In this document: one piece after another, positions 54,046-62,491 of the stretch
Numbering within the stretch: the stretch's first letter is position 1
How the letters are laid out: each line of letters starts with the position of its first letter
IMG/VR virus record: IMGVR_UViG_3300042807_000094
Reading direction: 5' to 3' (one strand)
DNA: 64,000 nucleotides
Source: a virus
Program-made: the position numbers and the translations under genes
Notes under the pieces: model-generated
Seen by the model: only the letters and a program-made list of their open reading frames with translations
The model's database searches: none
Told to the model about the DNA's origin: nothing

Positions 54046-57000
54046 TCATTGATTTACGAAAGCAAAACCGTCTTTATTGCCGATTTCTATAGTCATATCG
54101 ACCACATCTTTCAAACTGTCCAAGTGGGAGATGACTAGAATAGTTTTGAACTGAGTCTTTAGAAGATCCAATAGTTGTGTGAATGTTTGCAAGTGGTTCT
54201 CGTCCAATGCGGTACCCGGCTCATCGAGAATCATGATGTCCGACTTTGGAAGATTAGAAACTTGCAATAAAGCCAATCGGATAGCCATAGCAGCCATAGT
54301 CTTTTCGGCACCGGAAGCCATAGAAAGAGGACGAGGATCCTGATCAATGTGCTTGATCATGATATCTAGCTTATCACCCTCTTCTTCGAAGAACACATTG
54401 AACTCAGTCAAGTTAGAAAGAATCTTGGTTATTTCTTCGTTGATGATTGGAAGCTGCTTCTTAATAATATCATATGCGATACCGTTCGAATGCATACACC
54501 GCATGAACAGTTCATAAGCACTAAACTCTGTCCTGAGTGCGTGAAGTTCATCTTTCTGATTTGTGAGCATTTCTAGCTTCTGTTCGGCGGATCCAATCTT
54601 GCGGTGTACAAGAGTCAAACGATCAGTACAATCATTTAGAGACTTCTTAGCATCTTTATGAGCAATCTTAAGGCGATTGAGGGTGACCAATAGACCTTGA
54701 GCATTCTTGATTTGCTCCTTTGTTTGTTCATAAAGAAGCTCTTTCTCTCGCAATGATTCCAGATCATCATTAACTTTTCGCAGTTCAAACTGACCACGTT
54801 CAACATGGAAATCTAGATTCTTGATCTCACCAAGAAGCTGTTCCTTCTTAGCCACAATCGAAGTGTACTTTTCCAAATCGGCTTGAATAGAATCTGGCTT
54901 TGCCTCTGCGATCTTTTCTTGTAGAGAGGTAGCTTGTTCGGACTTCATTTGCATAGATTCAGATGCTTCAGTCGCATCACGAATAAACTTGCACTTTGGG
55001 AACTGTGTACCGCAGGGAATCCCATCTAATAGAGAAGTCTTGCTAGAAGCTAGCTTGATTTCCCTTTCGATTGTAGTTAGCTGTTCTTGAAGAGCTTTGA
55101 CGTTTTCTCTGCGAACAATCAGTCCTTGGTAATCATAAGACTGTAAGAATGTATGAATCTTTTCCAATAGTGCAAGATTATCAGTGATCTTAGTCTGATT
55201 CTCTGCAATCTGTCCTTCTGTCGTAAGGGCTAGTAGCGAATACTTAGAAATAAGGTTGCGTAGCTCAGCACCGTCGATGACTTCGGTGGAAGAAGCCTTG
55301 ATTTGCTCTTCAACCGCCTTTATCTCAGCTTCTATCTCCAGAACTCTTTGTTCTAAGATCCGGCACTTCTCTAGGGAGGATTGTAGTTCCTCCTCACTTT
55401 CAGTGAGTTCGGAATGCGCTACTGCAATCTCAGAATCAAAGTTTCTCCCCTCTAGACGACGTAAGGCACCCTTAAGATCAGAGCTATCGTCTTTTGCCAA
55501 CCTAAACTTCTTTTCGAAGATTTCTAGATCCAAGAACTTTGCAATGATTTCCTTTCTCTTGGTGCTTCCTTCCCTCACAAATGCCAGACCATCTAGCTGA
55601 CTAGACATAGAAGTGTTTAGGAAGTCATCGATTGTTCCGAAAACACGACGAATATTATGGTCTGTTTCAACACGCGAAACTCCATTCATAGATTCCTTGG
55701 TATCAGAAATGGTGCATTCCTTTACGAAGTCAAGTTCTACTTTAGCTTCCTCAACAACTTCGGTTTTTGTCTTCTTCTTGTACTTTGTAAGACTTCTTTC
55801 AATCGAGAAGATATCAGTATTAACTGCAATCTTGACCAAGCAGGAAGCTGAAAGCTTCTGCTGGTTAATCACATTAATGTTCTTTCTTTCGTTTTTGGAA
55901 GTTGTGTTGAAGATAGTGAATAGTAAGGAATCGATAATGCTTGACTTACCTGAAAAGTTCTTACCGAAAATACCGACAATACCAGACAGGCTTTCAAAAT
56001 CAATCCGATTCTTCTCACCATAGTTGAACAGATTATCCCACTCAAGAGACTTGATCTGCCAGTTGATGTTACGACCAACTTCTTCCGTCTCTTCGACAAT
56101 AGCCGAATACTTCTTGTTCAGTTCTAGAACCTTTTGGATAACTTCTTCGGTACACTCGTAATCCTTTAAATATTCACGAATGAACTTCTCCAAGATTGCA
56201 GGATCGCGAAGATTCTCTTTAGGAACATTTGTAATAGCTGTAGAACCCAAGCCTCGTTTGTTATCCGCACGGGACAGAAAGGTAACAGATTCTGGACTAA
56301 ACTTATGCTTTGCTAACTCCACAGCACGGCTCATCTGCTGTACGGTGAGATTGTAGTCAGAAGCTAATCTTACTCTAGCACCATTCGGAACATCGGTGTT
56401 CTTTGGCAACTGGCCGGTAGAAGTAAGGTTGATTGTGACAAATGGCTTTGGATTTGTAACTTGAACGTGGTTACAATCGAAGTCGTCTTTGCTATGGATA
56501 TCCCAAAGCAGGTAGCCCTTATCATTTGTCTCGCCAAAGTTCTGCTGAATAGTGGAACCGGGGTAGCGAACACGGCCCGCTGTATCCACTATTTGATTGG
56601 TCTTGTGGATATCACCAAGAAAAGCGAAATCGTGATCACTAAAAATATCGATACCATGATCCCCTCCTTGCATCGTCCAACCAATATCGGTCTGGACTCC
56701 ACCAATAGCACCGTGATAGAGGGCAATGTTGATCTTAGATGGATCACTTGGTTTTACCCACTTATCTTCATCAAATACCGAAAGAACATTCAGCGTAACT
56801 AGTTCATTCAGTTGTACTTCGCCCGAGTTCTTCAGAAGATGAAGATTAAAATGCCCCAATGCCTGAGCGATGGGAGTAATCGCATCTTGACGGTTTGAGT
56901 TTTTTAGATTACCATCGTGGTTTCCGAGGATCACATACGTTGGTGCAATGTCGGCTAGATTAGAGAGGAAATCACTAGCCAACTCAAAAAACTCTGGTGA

Positions 57001-57162
57001 TAGCTGCGTCTTGGTATGCGCGATATCACCGCAATGTACAATAAAGTCTACTTTCTGTTCTTTTAGCTTTGAGTATAGGTCTTGAAATGCAGCCTTATAC
57101 TCAAAATGATACTTATAGTTTCGGATATGGGTATCCGAAATGTGGGCAATACGAACGCTCAC
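54046..57162 (-). CDS. Fused SbcD-SbcC (Mre11-Rad50; T4 gp47-gp46) nuclease/ATPase
   Basis: ISDTHI, CGDIAH, GNHD, LGDIH then GKNFSGKS, coiled coil, SGAEK, ILDEPGTALD, ISH in one 1038-aa frame; GTG start. Confidence 0.9.
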   Translation of the reverse strand: MSVRIAHISDTHIRNYKYHFEYKAAFQDLYSKLKEQKVDFIVHCGDIAHTKTQLSPEFFELASDFLSNLADIAPTYVILGNHDGNLKNSNRQDAITPIAQALGHFNLHLLKNSGEVQLNELVTLNVLSVFDEDKWVKPSDPSKINIALYHGAIGGVQTDIGWTMQGGDHGIDIFSDHDFAFLGDIHKTNQIVDTAGRVRYPGSTIQQNFGETNDKGYLLWDIHSKDDFDCNHVQVTNPKPFVTINLTSTGQLPKNTDVPNGARVRLASDYNLTVQQMSRAVELAKHKFSPESVTFLSRADNKRGLGSTAITNVPKENLRDPAILEKFIREYLKDYECTEEVIQKVLELNKKYSAIVEETEEVGRNINWQIKSLEWDNLFNYGEKNRIDFESLSGIVGIFGKNFSGKSSIIDSLLFTIFNTTSKNERKNINVINQQKLSASCLVKIAVNTDIFSIERSLTKYKKKTKTEVVEEAKVELDFVKECTISDTKESMNGVSRVETDHNIRRVFGTIDDFLNTSMSSQLDGLAFVREGSTKRKEIIAKFLDLEIFEKKFRLAKDDSSDLKGALRRLEGRNFDSEIAVAHSELTESEEELQSSLEKCRILEQRVLEIEAEIKAVEEQIKASSTEVIDGAELRNLISKYSLLALTTEGQIAENQTKITDNLALLEKIHTFLQSYDYQGLIVRRENVKALQEQLTTIEREIKLASSKTSLLDGIPCGTQFPKCKFIRDATEASESMQMKSEQATSLQEKIAEAKPDSIQADLEKYTSIVAKKEQLLGEIKNLDFHVERGQFELRKVNDDLESLREKELLYEQTKEQIKNAQGLLVTLNRLKIAHKDAKKSLNDCTDRLTLVHRKIGSAEQKLEMLTNQKDELHALRTEFSAYELFMRCMHSNGIAYDIIKKQLPIINEEITKILSNLTEFNVFFEEEGDKLDIMIKHIDQDPRPLSMASGAEKTMAAMAIRLALLQVSNLPKSDIMILDEPGTALDENHLQTFTQLLDLLKTQFKTILVISHLDSLKDVVDMTIEIGNKDGFAFVNQ

Positions 57163-57184
57163 ACGAACTCCAACTTACGATTTT

Positions 57185-57213
57185 ATTATAACGCGCAGTA
57201 GTCAGACGGTCAA
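57185..57213 (-). promoter_or_regulatory. Sigma70-like promoter TTGACC-N17-TATAAT
   Basis: Near-perfect consensus upstream of sbcDC. Confidence 0.85.
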
Positions 57214-57225
57214 GTCAAAAAGATG

Positions 57226-57765
57226 TCACTTAGCGCGACGAGCCTTACTAGCTTCTATGGCACCGATCTGGGCTAAGGCTTTCTTTTTGCTTGGATGAGA
57301 CCCAAGCTTTTTCTTTCCTTCCGAATCGTATACGTTCCACTTATCGTCTTCGTGTTTTAGCATTTCGTCCAACTCGATTTCGATAGCCCCAGCGTGGCCA
57401 CCGGCATCACGTTTAGCTAACTCAATACGGTCAGATAGATAATGTTTGACTGTACTGAGATAGTCCGAAGCTTTTGCAATCTTAGACTGAATCCAAGCAG
57501 GGAGTTGGTCAGTATTCTTCAGCATATCGGTAAGGTCGCAAGCATACCTAGAAGCTTTGAGAAGTTCCAAACGAGCCATTTCTCCTTCATAATCTGGATC
57601 TCCAAGCATGTCGGGTGGAGGCAGTTCTTCACCGTGGTAGTTCACAAGCTCGACACTTTCCGGTTCTTGTGAGACTTCCATACCCATTTCATCCATGACT
57701 TCTTGCAAAGTAGGACCAAGCTCTTCTAGCATTAGTTTTTTGAGCTTTTCATTTGATAACTTCAT
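57226..57765 (-). CDS. Hypothetical protein with MKLSNEKLKKLMLEE leader
   Basis: Leader motif; LPAWIQSKIAKASDYL helical domain; basic C-terminal KWNVY...LGSHPSKKKALAQ module; ACTATTTA at 57809-57816. Confidence 0.7.
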   Translation of the reverse strand: MKLSNEKLKKLMLEELGPTLQEVMDEMGMEVSQEPESVELVNYHGEELPPPDMLGDPDYEGEMARLELLKASRYACDLTDMLKNTDQLPAWIQSKIAKASDYLSTVKHYLSDRIELAKRDAGGHAGAIEIELDEMLKHEDDKWNVYDSEGKKKLGSHPSKKKALAQIGAIEASKARRAK

Positions 57766-57784
57766 CTTTTCTCCTATAGCTTAG

Positions 57785-58711
57785 TTAGAAACTAAACATT
57801 TTCGTAAGTAAATAGTTTGACTGATCGATAAGTGAGGCTTCTTTCTTTCTCTTTTGGAACTCTTGTTTTGTCATTTCACCAACATCGTTGTAACCATCAA
57901 CATCGACCACATACACAGGATTATCATAAGCAAGCAACATTTCAAGAATGTCCATTTCTTTCTTCTTAGCATCCCCATCCAGCGCAAGATAAACCGTCGC
58001 ATTACGCTTGATTATCTCTTGGAATAGACGAGAGTTCTCAGTCAGTGTAGACCCAAGAAGTGGAACTGCGTTATCGGCCTTGATTGCATCGAATACGCCC
58101 TCAACCAGAGTTATGGGGCGATCCCAATCTAAGTAAAGCTCGTTAAAGATAACGTTCTTTGATGCTTGCGGATTCTTATACTTTGGAAAAGCATTCGTAA
58201 ATGTACGAGAAATGAAGTAGTTGACCCATCCATCGTTGTTGAACGAAGGTACGATAATACGGTCGTAATAGGGTCCAGAAGGGCACCATCCGATCTTCCA
58301 CTTCAGTATGTCTTCTCTCGTCAGGCCGCGCTCATAGAGGTATTTGAGAGGCTTCTCGGATCCGTCTATAAGGGTTCTGTTGGCAAGAGATTCGAACTCT
58401 TCAGGCAGGTTGATCAATGTCTCCAGTTGAGGCTTCTTGTCTTGGAAAAGCTCTTCGAACTTAGAAATGTCAACATCGTCTTCATGATAAGACCACTGTT
58501 GCTTGGCGTCAAACGACCCAAACAACTTGACCAATCTACCGATGCTTTTGCCCGTTGTATTACAAATCCAGCATTTATAAACGTTCTTATCAAAGTTTAC
58601 GCTTAGCTTATGCTTATGGTGCTTGCAAAATGGGCACTTATACAGATACTCTTCGCTCGACCGTCGTGGGAGTCCAAGAACGTCTGTCAGGATTTGTTGT
58701 TTTGTTCGCAT
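57785..58711 (-). CDS. DNA primase (DnaG-like: Zn finger plus TOPRIM)
   Basis: CPFC...KCWIC, RIIVP, KYKNP, LVEGVFDAI, LALDGDA. Confidence 0.9.
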   Translation of the reverse strand: MRTKQQILTDVLGLPRRSSEEYLYKCPFCKHHKHKLSVNFDKNVYKCWICNTTGKSIGRLVKLFGSFDAKQQWSYHEDDVDISKFEELFQDKKPQLETLINLPEEFESLANRTLIDGSEKPLKYLYERGLTREDILKWKIGWCPSGPYYDRIIVPSFNNDGWVNYFISRTFTNAFPKYKNPQASKNVIFNELYLDWDRPITLVEGVFDAIKADNAVPLLGSTLTENSRLFQEIIKRNATVYLALDGDAKKKEMDILEMLLAYDNPVYVVDVDGYNDVGEMTKQEFQKRKKEASLIDQSNYLLTKMFSF

Positions 58712-59220
58712 AAGAAACCTGCTTTAGCAATGATGATTGAGTCCGCTTTGTCATACGACAGAGGAGCGATAGAACCCGTTCTCGTTAAAGATAACACGAA
58801 CGATGGTTCATTGTCAATCAGGTGCTTCAGCACGACTTCTTTAGCTTTGACGCCCTTTTCTATTTTGATGCCGCACATCTTTCTGGCTGATGTGGCAGCA
58901 ATGTATTCAGGTTTGTGGCCAAAAACTTCAAAACAAATCCAACTTACCGTACCGTTGAATGAGGATAGGGTTGACAAAGTTTTTGCAGATGAGAAGCCGG
59001 TGCTGAATGATTGCAACGATTTCTCAATATAAACCTTTTTGATTTTGTATTTCTTTGATAACTCAATGATCTGCTTCTTTACATGCGATGCTTTATCAAA
59101 GATACAATCAAACTTCTTTTTGTTGCGAAAATCCCAAGCATCATTGGCTATGATTTTACCAGAATCGTCTATGATTGTAAAGCCTGTGATACTTGTCGAG
59201 ATGTCTAATCCGAGGATCAT
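58687..59220 (-). CDS. RuvC-like Holliday junction resolvase
   Basis: MILGLDISTSITG, VYIEK, DKADS. Confidence 0.75.
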   Translation of the reverse strand: MILGLDISTSITGFTIIDDSGKIIANDAWDFRNKKKFDCIFDKASHVKKQIIELSKKYKIKKVYIEKSLQSFSTGFSSAKTLSTLSSFNGTVSWICFEVFGHKPEYIAATSARKMCGIKIEKGVKAKEVVLKHLIDNEPSFVLSLTRTGSIAPLSYDKADSIIIAKAGFLCEQNNKS

Positions 59221-60383
59221 TAGAAGTCCATTTTTAGTTTGAAAGTATAATCTCTATCTAATGTCTTTCTAACCGGTTTTGCTAACTTTGCAATACCAAT
59301 AATGTTTTGATTTTCATCGTAGATTGCAATCTTCGTGATAAATACTTGCTTTTCAAAGCTAGCAGTTTGTGTCAAATACGAAGCAGAAACAGTATTTTTA
59401 ATATCAAGGTTATGCTCTATAAACCTATAATCTGAAACAGAAGCGGATCTATTCTGTCTTTGGGTGTATTGCAGATACGTTGGGTTATTACTGAAATCTA
59501 GCTCGCCAACAGGTGCGGCACAAAGCATAGTCACCGTTGGAACAAAGTTGGTCGCTTCGAAAGTAATATTATAACTAGATGATAGCTCTGCATTCAAAGA
59601 AGAACTGTCGTTTAGACCAGTTCCAAAATAAATCCACTTAGGTTGATCTGCTACACCCGGTGAATCAGGATAATCGTAGGTTTGGCTAGTGATATCCCAA
59701 GCACCGGTAAGAATCATAAATCCTTCATCATATAAGACAACACCAGCAACAGAGCCGGAACCGACAGAACCTGAAGGACCAACTTGCACCAGTTCTCCAT
59801 TTCCTCTAACATCTTGCAGTTCTCCTATTAATGTACCAGTTACATAGTATTGAAGGCTGATAGTGTTTTTTCTGATCTTAGAACCATAGAAAATGTTTGG
59901 AATATTGATAAGATTCAAAGCCATAGTAGCTTTATCGCCAACACTTGAACTGAATCTATAAAAAGGTGATTTTACTCTGTAGTAGTTGAGTGTATTTTTG
60001 AGAGCAGTTACCCTTGAACGGCTGCTGTTAGCCGCGAAGAACTCTCTACTAAGTGAAGAAGTTAACGGATAAGTGCCTGTTATAACTTGGCCTAATCCAT
60101 ATGCTGTAGCAAACTGAGAATCGCTAGTTTCTCTAAAAGCTACAGCCTCGCCGGTCTTTACTGTAAATGGATATATCAAACCAGTAGTAGCATTTCTATC
60201 TACGTTTTCCTCAAATAATGAAAGGGTTCCAGTAGGCCCGACTACGCTAGTAGTGAACGAACCTGACTGCAACCCTTTTTTATTGTAGTATACTTTGGTG
60301 TTGTGAACGAAAAACTCTTGTTTTACTTGAGCTTCGATCTGATTTGTGAAAATATCAGTTTCTTTGAACTTGTAAAGATACAC
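59220..60383 (-). CDS. Virion structural protein (baseplate/tail), paralog 2
   Basis: C-terminal FITKIAIYDENQNIIGIAKLAKPVRK...FKLKMDF. Confidence 0.6.
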   Translation of the reverse strand: MYLYKFKETDIFTNQIEAQVKQEFFVHNTKVYYNKKGLQSGSFTTSVVGPTGTLSLFEENVDRNATTGLIYPFTVKTGEAVAFRETSDSQFATAYGLGQVITGTYPLTSSLSREFFAANSSRSRVTALKNTLNYYRVKSPFYRFSSSVGDKATMALNLINIPNIFYGSKIRKNTISLQYYVTGTLIGELQDVRGNGELVQVGPSGSVGSGSVAGVVLYDEGFMILTGAWDITSQTYDYPDSPGVADQPKWIYFGTGLNDSSSLNAELSSSYNITFEATNFVPTVTMLCAAPVGELDFSNNPTYLQYTQRQNRSASVSDYRFIEHNLDIKNTVSASYLTQTASFEKQVFITKIAIYDENQNIIGIAKLAKPVRKTLDRDYTFKLKMDF

Positions 60384-60399
60384 AACACCCTCTCCCGTA

Positions 60400-61509
60400 T
60401 TAGTAGTCTAGTCGGACTCTTAGGGTGAGTTCGTTGTTTGGATCCTTGCGAAGTGGCTCAGAGAGTTTGGCAACTGCCAAAAGTTCACGGTCAGCAGAGT
60501 ACATACCGACTGAAGTAATGTAAGCAACTGGTGGATCTGTCCTGCGTGTCTTTACACGGATCTGACTAGAACTTAGATAGGTTGGATTTGCGCTGTAGTT
60601 GAACTCGTTATGATTTACACGGCAGAAGTAAACGGTAGAGTTTAGTTCTGTTGTATTATTGAACGATATATTATAGATACGATTACGCAAGAATGCAGAA
60701 CCAGAATCGATTGTCTGCGCTGTAAGGATAGTTGTCAACGATGCGCCTGAACCGGAGACTACGCCACTTGGGACTACAGAACTTGTAAGTAACCCACCTT
60801 CTCCATTGGTGTAAAACAGATATGCTGCATTAAGTACAACTATACCAGCTTGGTAGTATACCAACCCAACTGGCTGAGCATTAGCACCACCAGCTTGCTG
60901 CGATGCTGTTGCAAACACTTGGGTTGCACCAGAACTAGATGCGTAAAGAATGCCATACTCACCGGCTGGTGAGTTAACGCGGTAGTTGGATGCAGCACCA
61001 GAGTCAGTAACAATCAATCGTTTTGTAAAATCGGATGGGGTATTAAAGGTACCGGATACGCCAAGCTCAAGCGAGAAAGTACCTTTTTTGATTTCGTCCT
61101 TAACCAAAAGACGAGAAAAACTCATGACGAAACCACCGTCGATTTTGCTGCCAGTTGTTAAGGTTCCATCTTCATCAAATCTTCTAACAGAACCGGTTTC
61201 GTCAAAACCAACCAATACTTGCGCCATCTGATTATAGATTGCTGCTTTTTTTGCTTGTTGGTTTGTTACGGAAGAGTAAAGACCAGACTGCGTTCCGATA
61301 ACGACTGTGGTATCAAAAATATGGTTTGCAGACGATGATAGGTAAGGATAATCATAGACTGAGGTAAACATACCGTGTGAGTATGATTTTACGTTATTGC
61401 CGTTATAAGTTCCAGATATGATAGAGCCAGTAATAGGAATCGACTCATTCAAGAGTGTTCTTGTATTGGTGATATCATTAGAAGTAAATGATTTATAAAC
61501 ACTAGCCAT
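60400..61509 (-). CDS. Virion structural protein (baseplate/tail), paralog 1
   Basis: C-terminal YITSVGMYSADRELLAVAKLSEPLRK...LRVRLDY. Confidence 0.6.
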   Translation of the reverse strand: MASVYKSFTSNDITNTRTLLNESIPITGSIISGTYNGNNVKSYSHGMFTSVYDYPYLSSSANHIFDTTVVIGTQSGLYSSVTNQQAKKAAIYNQMAQVLVGFDETGSVRRFDEDGTLTTGSKIDGGFVMSFSRLLVKDEIKKGTFSLELGVSGTFNTPSDFTKRLIVTDSGAASNYRVNSPAGEYGILYASSSGATQVFATASQQAGGANAQPVGLVYYQAGIVVLNAAYLFYTNGEGGLLTSSVVPSGVVSGSGASLTTILTAQTIDSGSAFLRNRIYNISFNNTTELNSTVYFCRVNHNEFNYSANPTYLSSSQIRVKTRRTDPPVAYITSVGMYSADRELLAVAKLSEPLRKDPNNELTLRVRLDY

Positions 61510-61524
61510 TTTGTTATTCCTTTA

Positions 61525-62436
61525 TCAAGCCTTGATGTATCTGATTGGGATTTCGATCTTGTAACCAGTTGTTACACCCTCGATCTCAATGAAACTATCA
61601 ATGTATTTCAAGTTCGATACGCCGTTTACTGTTAAGCCTGTGCCACCGAGTTCTGTAAACAAAGCTGTTGAACTTCTTAGGTTTTCGCTGGCGGCAACCT
61701 TGAACTGCAAGATTGTACCTCTTGAGCCTGCGATAACTTGGTTTGTAGATGTTGTGGTTGTGTCGCTGTTGACGGTAACGAATGTGTTATTTGCTGTGAG
61801 CGAGAAGAAATAGGTTGCAATACCGTCATCATCAACTGAGCTAGCTCTAGCGCGACCTTGACCACCATTGCCAGAAGGAGAATAAATAGAACCAAGATCA
61901 TTATGGATTCTGATCGCATATTGTGTTTCTCTTAAAGCAGGTTGTAGTTCGATTGTAGGAGGTTGAGCAGAGTTATCGATACCTTGGTCGATCCTGATAA
62001 AGTTTTCACCGATGCTAGGATTAAAACCATTAAGGATACCAGTAGTGTTTTGTAATGATGCATTGGTTGAAGTTGTGTTATCAACTGTCACGACAAAGAC
62101 ATCGCTACTGTGTTTTGCAGCACCTTTAATCAACTGATTCAACTTTATAACAGGGAGATAGAACAAATCGAACCTGTTGATTGACATAAGCTTAGACTTT
62201 AAGAAAGACGAGTTGTTTGTAAACGATTCAAGGATTGGAGTCTGTTTAATAGCCAAATCGTAGTAAGCTGAGCCGCTTGGATGATTAGCGTTATACAAAC
62301 TATAATCTATTTCATCATCGCCCAAAGCGAATGCCGTGATCTGAAAACTACCGTCTCCTCTTGCTAGTCTCATACGACCAACATCGGTTAATACTGCGTC
62401 TAGAATAATATCGCCTGAGTTATCTAAGAATGCCAT
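61525..62436 (-). CDS. Probable virion structural protein
   Basis: MAFLDNSGDIILDAVLTDVGR...FALGDDEIDY; ACTATTTA at 62455-62462 upstream. Confidence 0.6.
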   Translation of the reverse strand: MAFLDNSGDIILDAVLTDVGRMRLARGDGSFQITAFALGDDEIDYSLYNANHPSGSAYYDLAIKQTPILESFTNNSSFLKSKLMSINRFDLFYLPVIKLNQLIKGAAKHSSDVFVVTVDNTTSTNASLQNTTGILNGFNPSIGENFIRIDQGIDNSAQPPTIELQPALRETQYAIRIHNDLGSIYSPSGNGGQGRARASSVDDDGIATYFFSLTANNTFVTVNSDTTTTSTNQVIAGSRGTILQFKVAASENLRSSTALFTELGGTGLTVNGVSNLKYIDSFIEIEGVTTGYKIEIPIRYIKA

Positions 62437-62491
62437 TTTATCTCCTCTGCATTATAAATAGTGTCGTATAAGAATAAAGTCTTTTTCTTCT

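Noticed and set aside
15536-62462. T4-type late promoter TATAAATA on the plus strand (15536, 54037, 62453)
   Set aside because: It points away from the genes and is only a subset of the ACTA(T/C)TTA copies, which fit the minus-strand orientation better. Antisense activity is not excluded but is unsupported.
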